Source: Flectonema sp. DT1601
Taxonomy: Eukaryota
Direction of reading: 5' to 3'
DNA: 64,000 bases
Assembly (NCBI GenBank): GCA_964019425.1
Contig: OZ025787.1
Span: 1,116,001 to 1,180,000 of the forward strand
The stretch's first letter is position 1; every line of letters begins with the position of its first letter. Position numbers and translations under genes: made by a program. This document shows positions 25,901 to 37,200 of the stretch, piece by piece. The notes under the pieces are model-generated. The model ran no database searches. It saw only the letters and a program-made list of their open reading frames with translations, and was not told the DNA's origin.

Positions 25901-27512
25901 AGAAGTATCGAAAGCTGAGCTGAGGCCATCAATTAGTCCGCAGGAATTGCCCGTTGAACCAGCATCGGATGTAGGCGATCCTCCTTCGCCAGATGGTAGA
26001 CAGAAGGAACCCACACTAAACGATCCAGCCACCGCTGTCCCTTCTCCTTCGGGCCCAACCGCACCAATTGCTGGAGGTTTGGGGATATCGGAGTCCGGTC
26101 TGAGACCGCATGGTGCGCCGGGAGGACCCGCACTAGCCGCCACAATTCCATTCTTGCCAGCTGATCCGGTCGGAGCCCCAACCGCAACATCCACCGGCCA
26201 CTATTAGACCATAACAAACCGCGGGGGAAAAGACCTAGAATCTAACCTGCACACTGGCCCGATCGCAACATACGTTGGTGAGACACCGTGGAAGGAAGCC
26301 TCCCTGTCTAGGCCAGACTCTGCCGCCCTACACCCTCCTGGCCCAACTATATCTTTCGCCGGAGGACAGCAGGAACCGGAGTCGGTCCCGGGAAGACCCC
26401 TGAGTCCACAGAAGGAGCCATCACTCACGTGGAGTTTGGACCCTACTGCGGACTGTATGCCACGGAACGCATAAAACACCACGCTGGAAACGCCAAGGGA
26501 ACTGTTATACCCCGAGATGGACGCGGACCCGACCGAAATAGTGATGGAATCTTTGATGCACGCAGACGAGGTCCCGATCCACGTAGGCCTAAGACACCTC
26601 GTAATGCCGATCACCGACCAACAGTACATGAACCCCGGGAGTTCAGCACCAGCGCGGGTATCCATACTACCCAAGGCTCTCTTCCTGTTGCCGGTAGTGA
26701 ATGATCCAGGAGGTGCCCCGGAGAACGCGCAGTCTTCGAACCCCGAGTGTCGAGAACTAGAACGGGACGCCGGACAGGACGAGACATCGGTTACGGCAGC
26801 AGCGAAAGATACAGGTGGGGTCCCAGAGTACCTACATCCTCCCTTCGTACCATTTGAAGCAGGTCTGGAGGGGATTCAGAATCTCGGGAACTCCTGCTAT
26901 ATGAACGCAGCGCTCCAGTGCCTATGCAAGGGCATGCCTCTACCAGATTGCAGCAAATCGTCTGAACACCTGGCAGCCTGTGTCTTATGCAATCTGCGGG
27001 AACTGAAGCGTTCAGGGTCTGGTTCCGCTGCGAAGAAACTATGGGAGTGGGTGAAACCACGCTGCGGACCAGGACAATCAGAAGCTGAACACGCACTGTC
27101 AGAGCTGCTCGAAGCGATCGAGGAGATGGGAGCACCACCAGTCGACTTCATGTCCATTGTAACGCAGACCCGCACGTGTCGAAGACACGTGTGAAGACAC
27201 ACACACGAAACGGAATAGAACACCCATCCTCCGACTGAACCCTGGCCAAACGCCAGCCGCAGCCTGTGCTACAACGTCGACCAGCCCGGCGGACTTTGTC
27301 TGCCCGATTTGCAAGTCGAGCTCAGCGACGGTCACTACATCGGTAGACGAGTTAGCCCGATCACTGTTCTTTGGATTCAACGAGGGACATTTCGGAGATC
27401 CCGAAGCCGAAGAAAAGGTCAGCATACCGGCATCCTTCGTAGACACTTCGAGCCGCCTGTACGCCCTGACTGGAGTGATCCAACACACCAGACACAGCGA
27501 GTCTTCGGGTCA
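25901..27512 (+). pseudogene. CRE ORF continuation: Pro-rich repeats followed by a ubiquitin-specific protease (peptidase C19) domain
   Basis: Cys box GIQNLGNSCYMNAALQCL (Cys codon at 26895), GQSEAEHALSELLEAIEE, CPIC, His box YALTGVIQHTRHSESSG-ca|. In-frame stops at 26205 and 26472; frameshift near 27185. Confidence 0.88.
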
Positions 27513-29488
27513 GGATAAGAGATTTGGGAGAGGAATAGGGGCAGTGAACTTTTGGTTCAGGCCCTTCCCATCGAACAGGACGAAGACTTCTAAAACCTGA
27601 GATGAACCAATTGAGTTGAAACAAACAAATAACAGAGACGCAACACATACCGGAACATCATCGCAAGCAATGCTTCGGACCTCCGTCGACCTTCGTTCTT
27701 CTGGCGGCAAAGGGAAACAAGAAAGAACGGGCAATGAGACAAACCTGTTAGTTGGTGTTGTGTTGTTGTTAAAAACAAAAACATAAACGCCAGGAAGTTC
27801 GACAACGAAGACATCGACATCGATCGCTGCTCTGCAGATGTCCGGCGGGTGTTTGTCTACACTGTGTTTATTGTTTGTTTTTTTCCCAAGGTTCAACCTT
27901 GGGAAGAGAAGTAAAAAATTCCGTCAATGTTGGCCTTCCTGTTCGAAGGTGCGCACCAATGACGATAAATAGAGTGGGGGGAGAAAACCTTTGATCCAAC
28001 TGGATCCCTTCACGAGCTGACATTGCCATGTGAAGTTAAATATTCTGGCGATGCCAGCTCAGGCGACTTAGCCTGCTTTTTTCTTTAAATAAAAAATAAA
28101 AAGATACCAACAGGTGGGGTGATGGGTTGCGCCACTGCAATCCAGTCACAAAAAGAAACAAAGGTAATCTCAAGGGTTCTCGACCCTTGGCTCTCCCTGC
28201 GCAAGCATCGCATGGAGGGTGACGCTAAGCACCCGGGGGGTACGAAACAAACTTTCCCCCTGCTGTCCTGTTTGAAATAAAAAAAAAAACAAAGGGATAG
28301 AAGTAAACAGAATACGTTACACCTCAACAGGTGACGCTAAACACCCAGGGGATACAAACCAAACTTTCCCCCTGTTGCCCTGTTTGAAATAAATTAAAAA
28401 AAGAACAAGAAAACAGAATACAATACTCAGCAATCAGACTCGTTCACTCGCTTCGCCAGAGCCGTTCGAGCCGATGCTCATGTAAAGTTACCTGTTTTCT
28501 TTTAACAAATTAAATAAAATAAGATAAATAAAAATAAAGTAGCGCAACGGAGAGGAATACATAACACCTCGACTCTTGCGCTAGCATCGCAAGGGGGGTA
28601 CCCGGGAGATACAAACCAAACTTTCTCTGGAATACAATACCTAACAATCAGTGCGTTCACTGGCCTTAGGGCTGTTCGGACTTATGCTTTGGACTGTTCC
28701 CTTGCAGAAAAAAAAAGTAAAATAAACCAACTTTGGGACATTAGAAAAGCATAAAATAAAAGTTGCTACAACCAAAAGACAACTGCAAAAAAAAAGGTTT
28801 TTGTAGGGGAGCTACAATGTAGCAATAATGTCACACAGTCATGTGGCAAGCTGGATAAGAGATTTGGGAGAGGAATAGGGGCAGTGAACTTTTGGTTCAG
28901 GCCCTTCCCATCGAACAGGACGAAGACTTCTAAAACCTGAGATGAACCAATTGAGTTGAAACAAACAAATAACAGAGACGCAACACATACCGGAACATCA
29001 TCGCAAGCAATGCTTCGGACCTCCGTCGACCTTCGTTCTTCCGGCGGCAAAGGGAAACAAGAAAGAACGGGCAATGAGACAAACCTGTTAGTTGGTGTTG
29101 TGTTGTTGTTAAAAACAAAAACATAAACGCCAGGAAGTTCGACAACGAAGACATCGACATCGATCGCTGCTCTGCAGATGTCCGGCGGGTGTTTGTCTAC
29201 ACTGTGTTTATTGTTTGTTTTTTTCCCAAGGTTCAACCTTGGGAAGAGAAGTAAAAAATTCCGTCAATGTTGGCCTTCCTGTTCGAAGGTGCGCACCAAT
29301 GACGATAAATAGAGTGGGGGGAGAAAACCTTTGATCCAACTGGATCCCTTCACGAGCTGACATTGCCATGTGAAGTTAAATATTCTGGCGATGCCAGCTC
29401 AGGCGACTTAGCCTGCTTTTTTCTTTAAATAAAAAATAAAAAGATACCAACAGGTGGGGTGATGGGTTGCGCCACTGCAATCCAGTCA
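27513..29488 (-). mobile_element. Family D, inverted: 1340-bp unit plus a partial unit
   Basis: ggataagagatttggg at 27513 and 28853; reverse complement of 21511-22940. Confidence 0.9.
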
Positions 29489-29881
29489 TTTCGATAAGTG
29501 GGAAGTAACGGACTGGGAGCTTTTGGCTCCTGCCCTATTCCCGACGTAAACTTTCTTTTTATTTTTTTTTTTTTTTTAACAGGCCCAAAGGGCGACAATG
29601 ATGGTTGCTGACCAAGGAATAATATTCAAATGAATTTTCGTTTCAAAGAAACGAACAGAATTAAGAGAGAGGTAGAGAAAAAAAAAAAAAAAAAAAAAAA
29701 GAAAGAATAGAAAAAAAATATGAAGAGGAAATAATCAAACATGAAAAAAAAAAAAAAAAATAAAATATAAATAAAAAACGTTGTATGAAAAAGGAAAAAA
29801 AGAAAAAAAAAAGACCAGAAAAGGAAAGAGAAAATGAAAAGGTATAATATTATTGTGGGGATATGAGGATAGCAGGGAGAT

Positions 29882-29919
<38 letters not shown>

Positions 29920-30172
29920 TTATTATTTAAAAAAAGGAAACAATCAGTTTAGCGTCTCGATCAGGACGGAAAATAGAAATTAATCGACATAGTCGATCGA
30001 TAGAAAAAAAACAATGATAACATTGTTTATTCCTTTTTTTTTTTTTTTTTTTTATTCTTTTTATTTATTTTTAAAGAAAAAACAATCAGTTTAGCGTCCT
30101 GACCAGGACGGAAAATTGAAAGTGATCCACATAGTCGATCGATAGAAAAAAGACAATGATAACATTGTTTAT

Positions 30173-30205
<33 letters not shown>

Positions 30206-30597
30206 CTTTTAATTATTTTAAAGAAAAAACAATCAGTTTAGCGTCTTGACCAGGACGGAAAATAGAAAGTGATCGACATAGTCGATCGATAAAAAACAAT
30301 GATAACATTGTTTATTCCTTTTTTTTTTCTTTTTTTTTTATTCTTTTTATTTATTTTTAAAGAAAAAACAATCAGTTTAGCGTCCTGACCAGGACGGAAA
30401 ATAGAAAGTAATCGACATAGTCGATCGATAAAAAAAAAACAATGATAACATTGTTTATTCCTTTTTTTTTTCTTTTTTTTTATTCTTTTTATTTATTTTT
30501 AAAGAAAAAACAATCAGTTTAGCGTCCTGACCAGGACGGAAAATTGAAAGTGATCGACATAGTCGATCGATAAAAAAACAATGATAACATTGTTTAT

Positions 30598-30628
<31 letters not shown>

Positions 30629-31408
30629 CCTTTTAATTATTTTTTAAAGAAAAAACAATCAGTTTAGCGTCTTGACCAGGACGGAAAATAGAAAGTGATC
30701 GACATAGTCGATCGATAAAAAACAATGATAACATTGTTTATTCTTTTTTTTTTTTTTTTTTTTTTTTAATCCTTTTTATTATTTTAAAGAAAAAACAATC
30801 AGTTTAGCGTCTTGACCAGGACGGAAAATAGAAAGTGATCGACATAGTCGATCGATAAAAAAACAATGATAACATTGTTTATTCTTTTTTTTTTTTTTTT
30901 TTTAAATTCTTTTTATTTATTTTTAAAGAAAAAAAACGGAAAATAAAAATTAGTCGACAAAGTCGAACGATAAAAAAAAACAATGATAACATTGTTTATT
31001 CTTTTTTTTTTTGTTTTTTTTTATTTTTATATTCTTTTTTATTAATTTTGAAAAAAAAACAATCAGTTTAGCGTCTTGACCAGGACGGAAAATAGAAAGT
31101 AATCGACATAGTCGATCGATAAAAAAAACAATGATAACATTGTTTACTCTTTTTTTTTTTTTTTTTTAAATTCTTTTTATTTTAAAAAGAAAAAAAACGG
31201 AAAATAGAAATTAGTCAACAAAGTCGAACGATAAAAAAAAAAACAATGATAACATTGTTTATTCTTTTTTTTTTATTTTTTTTTTTATATTCTTTTTTAT
31301 TAATTTTGAAAAAAAAAACAATCAGTTTAGCGTCTTGACCAGGACGGAAAATAGAAAGTGATCGACATAGTCGATCGATAAAAAAAAAACAATGATAACA
31401 TTGTTTAT

Positions 31409-31445
<37 letters not shown>

Positions 31446-33868
31446 CTTTTTTTTTTTTTAAAGAAAAAACAATCAGTTTAGCGTCTTGACCAGGACGGAA
31501 AATAGAAAGTAATCGACATAGTCGATCGATAAAAAAAACAATGATAACATTGTTTATTCTTTTTTTTTTTTTTTTTAAATCTTTTTATTTATTTTTTAAA
31601 AAGAAAAAAAAAAAACGGAAAATAGAAATTAGTCAACAACGTCGAACGATAAAAAAAAAAACAATGATAACATTGTTTATTCTTTTTTTTTTTATTTTTT
31701 TTTGTATTCTTTTTTATTAATTTTGAAAAAAAAACAATCAGTTTTGCGTCTTGACCAGGACGGAAAATAGAAAGTGATCGACATAGTCGATCGATAAAAA
31801 AACAATGATAACATTGTTTATTCTTTTTTTTTTTTTTTTTTTTTTTAAATCCTTTTTATTATTTTTAAAGAAAAAACAATCAGTTTAGCGTCTTGACCAG
31901 GACGAAAAATAGAAAGTGATCGACATAGTCGATCGATAAAAAAACAATGATAACATTGTTTATTCTTTTTTTTTTTTTTCTTCTTTTTTTTAAATCCTTC
32001 TTTTTATTTTTTAAAGAAAAAACAATCAGTTTAGCGTCTTGACCAGGACGGAAAATAGAAAGTAATCGACATAGTCGATCGATAAAATAAAAACAATGAT
32101 AACATTGTTTATTCCTTTTTTTTTTTTTTTTATTCTTTTTATTTATTTTTAAAGAAAAAAACGGAAAATAGAAAGTAATCGACATAGTCGATCGATAAAA
32201 AAACAATGATAACATTGTTTATTCTTTTTTTTTTTTTTTTTTTTTTAAATTCTTTTTATTTATTTTTTAAGAAAAAAACGGAGAATAGAAATTAGTCGAC
32301 AAAGTCGAACGATAAAAAAACAATGATAACATTGTTTATTCTTTTTTTTATTTTTTTTTTTATATTCTTTTTTATTAATTTTGAAAAAAAAAAAAAAACA
32401 ATCAGTTTAGCGTCTTGACCAGGACGGAAAATAGAAAGTAATCGACATAGTCGATCGATAAAAATACAATGATAACATTGTTTAATCTTTTATAATTTTT
32501 TATTTTTTTTTTTGTTTTAAAAAAAAAAAAAAAAAACAAGCGGAATTGATCATAATGGGTGGTAGGGGTTGTTATAACTTCGTTTGAAAATTCTTCTTTT
32601 TTGATTTCTTTTTTTTTTTCTTTTTACAGGAGTTAAGATCACTTTCAGGAGACAACACATTAACAAGAGCAGCAAGCAGAGTTGACACTATCAATTCAAA
32701 TTTGAAATACCGGGAATTAATTTACAAGGAGGTATCTCAAGTGACTTGGTATCTCTAGCGTGTCGGTATCTCTGGAGTGCTGGTATCTCGTATGTGCGTT
32801 GGTATCTCATGAGTGATGGTATCTCTTGTGCATTAGAGAAACGAAAAAGAATGTCATGACCATGACGGAAGAATTGAGGAATTGAGTTAACATGTTCAAT
32901 TTAACTTATTTAAACTTTTTTTTTTTTTTTAACAGACCGTAACTATTTGAAAATAAAATGTAGATGGGAAACAGTGAAAAGTAAAATGGATGATAAAATT
33001 AAATGAGAAATATGACATAACAGACCAGATAGAGAGTATTAAAAGGAAATTGAAAAGGAAAAGAGAAACTAGGTTAACACTTATTTAAAATTAAGACCGG
33101 TTAGTCAGTTTAAGGTCTTGACTAGGACCAACAAAAAAGAAAGAAAAAAAAATTTAACGATCAAGCTGAGCTGATCTTGTTTTTATTACAAATAGGGGAG
33201 CGGGAGGGATGGAAGGAATAGAGGAAAAAAAAAAGAAAAGGTTGATCAATTGGATCTGATCGTCGAGAAGAGGAAATTTTTTTAAAGGTTGATCGGTATA
33301 GCCGATCGTTGAGAAAAATAAACAGATATAAATACAATCAGTTTAAATTAAAAAAAGAAAAAAAGATTAACGATCAAGCTGAGCTGATCTTGTTTTTATT
33401 ACAAATAGGGGAGCGGGAGGGATGGAAGGAATAGAGGAAAAAAAAAGAAAAGGTTGATCAATTGGATCTGATCGTCGAGAAGAAGAAATTATTTTAAAGG
33501 TTGATCGGTATAGCCGATCGTCGAGAAAAATAAACAGATATAAATACAATCAGTTTAAATTAAAAAAAGAAAAAAAGATTAACGATCAAGCTGAGCTGAT
33601 CTTGTTTTTATTTAAAATTAGGGGAGCGGGAGGGATGGAAGGAATAAAGGAAAAAAAAAAAAAAAAAAAGGTCGATCAATTGGATCTGATCGTCGAGAAG
33701 AAGAAAACAATTATTTATAAAAAAAAAATGGTCGGTATAGCCGATCGTTGAGAAAAGAACAGATATAAATACAATCGGTTTTGGTGATCGACGAGTGGAG
33801 CGATCACTTGACAAGAAGGAAAAAGAAAGGACCGATTAATTGGGGCTTTGATTGTATTCCCAAGGCAT
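29488..33868 (-). mobile_element. Family E: terminal stem-loop, ~140-bp satellite array (29930-32490), exon-like piece and 212-bp repeats
   Basis: Starts atttcgataagtgggaag; recurs at ~39845, 48321 and ~54816. Confidence 0.88.
33155..33790. repeat. Three ~212-bp tandem repeats
   Basis: ttaacgatcaagctgagctgatc at ~33155, 33367 and 33579; also at 43505-44140 and partly at 54416. Confidence 0.92.
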
Positions 33869-34274
33869 GTTTTTTTTTTTTTTTTTTTTATTATTCATTT
33901 ACATTATTATTTTTTTTTTTTTTTTTAAATTAATAATCACATTTTGTTCAAAAATATTTCATATTAGAGTAAAAGAAAAAGAAAAAAAGAAATAAGAGAA
34001 AAAAAAAAAAAAAAAAAACCATTGCTGGCCCCCTCACCACTCATAGAGGATGAGGAGGCCAGTAAGGCGTCACTCAAATCTATGCCAAGCCTTGGGAACT
34101 TGGATTGGGGTTTAGACCATTTATAATTAACAATTAACAATTAACCTGATTAACGTTATGATCTGACGGACATAAACATATCGATAAAATAATACAAACA
34201 AAAACGAACAATAAATAATAAATAAGCTAAAAAACTAACTAAACAAAGTGATGTGAAAGTAAGGAAAAAGAGAA

Positions 34275-37200
34275 TTACAAGGGGGTGGAGTCACCGTGAA
34301 CGTCATCAGCAGAACATCTCCTTCGATTGTAACGATATCTTGATGGAGGGGTTCGTTTTTTCAGAGTTGAACGCTCAGACTTTCTCGGCGGAGTTTCATT
34401 TTCCTCATGTTCTTCTGTGTCTGGCGGACTCAAACCTTCTGCCCATGAAGCTAATTGGAACTTCAGGGCCGCAATTTGAGACCGTGCCAAGGCGAGTTGA
34501 GCATTTAAATCGCTCGCCAGTCCCGTTAACATCATGGATTGCTCAAGCTGCTCTGCGTGAGTTGTACACCGTTGGTGATTCAGCTCCGAGAGGCGAAGTT
34601 GGGCATCCAGAAGTTGTTCTGAGAGCTCTGCCGCTTTCTCGTTTGTTTCGAGAGAGTCATCTACTGCTCGACAGTAGTTCTCGAGTAAGTCAATCCTACC
34701 CTCGGACCATTGTCTCGCAATAGGTGTATTCTCTTTAACGGAGATAACGTGACTCTCTTGTCGTAAAATCTTGGTCGGCGTGCGGTCGAGAGCTTCACTC
34801 TGCGGCATTGTCGGAGGAATTGAGGCTAGAGGACAAAGAGGGGTGATATAATTAAGGGTAGGGATAAGGGGTTTAATAAGAGGAGTAAAAAGACTACTCG
34901 TAGTTGTAAAGAGCGAGAGGTAGTTCTTTGCTATCTTCATCATAGCAACAGATTCATACAGAACGGGGGTTCGGGGGGAAACTTGTTGACTAAAGTGGGT
35001 CATACGGGGACGCGCGGCACGCAAACTCTCGACCTCCTGTTGAGTATAGAAAAGTCTTATTTTACTTTCTCTTTCCTCATTACATTTGGTCTCCAATTCG
35101 TTCGACAGAAGAACAAACCTTTGATGGTAATTAAAGAGCGCCATTTCCGATAGGTCTGCTCTCTGAGTCAGATTTGCGAGCTCACGTTTCCTGTAATCTT
35201 CCACTAAGTCATATTGTCGAACTAGTGCAGAAAGAGAAGTCTTCGATTCATCGCGTTCTGCTGTTAACCGTTGAATTACTCCTTCCAGAAGTTCATATTC
35301 TTTTCTATCTTTTTCAATAATTAAAACAGGGGGCGCAGGAGGAAGTGAGGATGGATCCTGGTTGGTAGCTTTGATCTCAACAGGTAATCCATTTAGTAAC
35401 TGCTTGTCTTTCTCGAGGGAGGCTGACATCGCATTAAAGTAAAATAAAAATAGAACATAAAAAATTCGTTCTTTCATTTGCTCTAATTCGTTTTCTAAAA
35501 TCTGGCATTTCAAGGAAAGTTTCAGCCTTAATTTTCCTTCTTTTTTTTTGTACAAGGGGGTTTGAGAACCCATGTCAGATTGAGTTCTTATCACTATAGC
35601 GAAATCAGCAGGAAGTGTTTGCGATCCCGTTGACATGAGTTCAGGTGGGGGAGTCTGGAAAGAGATGGAAGAAATAGAAGAGAATGACAAGGAGAGTCCA
35701 GTGAGCTCATCCTCATCTAACAAAACAGAAGGGGCCGGGGAGGAAGAACCATTGGCAATAAGTAGAATAGAAAGAGCCGATGCGTAACAAGTTTGCCAGA
35801 TAAAACATTTCTCAAGCCACGATCTTTCAATGGTGAGCTTTTCGATCGTTTTCAGTTTTGTTACTTTGTGGATTTTGACTTCTTCCACAGGGAAGATTTC
35901 TTTACCATCTTTTATAAAACTTGCAGTGGCAGGTTCTTCTTTAATGCTGCGCATTAGTGGTCTTGAATGCCACGTGGGGAGGTTCCTCGTCTGGAACAGA
36001 ACATATGAGCACTGTCTGGCGATTCTGGTGCATTCACAAAATAAAGCTTTTGTTGGTGCTAAAGGTGAACCGATGTGACGTGTCCAGATGTTCAGCTGGT
36101 CCATGCAGATGTTTCCTCGTACGCCAACTTCAATAGTAAAAATGTTACAGTCGAAGCCATTAGCGATGATCGAGTCTCTTAGCTTTAGGTATTTCTTTTC
36201 CTTTAAGACATGAGAGGTTTCGAAACGATCTTCATTTGGACACGTCAGCTCCAGAATCAGTGCTCTTTTCGCAAAAAAAGAATAAATAAAAATGTCTGGT
36301 CTTAGAGAGGACGAGACATGGCACACTTCAAGAGGAACAATTAGGCGGTTATCACCGACATCGTCGAGGATGACCCAATCATTCGCTAGTGAAAGTTCGC
36401 CTGTCTCTTTAGAAATTCTTTCTAGGGGTTTATTTTCCCCTGTTTTTAAAAAAGTTTGAGAGGGAGGCGGGAGGTTTTCTTTTCTTTTGTTGGCTTTTAT
36501 TATCAACTCTTCCAAGAAGATAACAATGCGTTTTAGAACGCTGTCGTGACGCCACGTGAACCTCCCTTGTGTTAAAGAGACAGGACAGCCTGTTAAGACA
36601 TGCCTGAGGGTAGGATTCACTTTGCCACACAAAACACAATTTTGGTCCACATTGGTGATGTTCCACCTCTTTAAATTATCTTGTGAGGGGAGGGTGTTTG
36701 TAACCGCTTTCAGTTGAAATGAGATATAGGCAGGATTTCCCTCCCTAAGTACCTTATTCCAGGTGAAATCGTTTATCATACATTTAGACCACTCCTTCCA
36801 CTGACCTTGGACTTGTAATTTATTCAAAGAGTTCAGTAGTTCATCTGTGGCTTCCACTTCAAAACGCTTAAGGAGATCGGGGCGAGTAGTACGTAGATCG
36901 CGCAATCGGTGACCAAGACCAGCTGATTGCTTCGCAAGAGAACGGTAAGAAAAAAACTTAATAAGGCGCTCCCACTCAGCAGAAGCTGAAAACTTTTTCG
37001 ACCAGTTGGACGATTTCTCCATAATAACATTGTAGACACCGTGCATGTCAGAGTCCTGTGAGGATCTGAGGATGTCTAGTTTAATTGATTGCGCTTGTTT
37101 ATATAGCGTCACAACTCTTTTGTGTCTGAGACCAACAGTGTTCTTTGAACCGGTAAAAAGGATGACTGTGTTCGCAGAGCGGACAAATCCCCACCATTTC

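Noticed and set aside
26517..27194. Independent host USP gene
   Set aside because: It is in frame with the upstream CRE Pro-rich repeats and is GC-rich like the element, unlike the AT-rich host genes.
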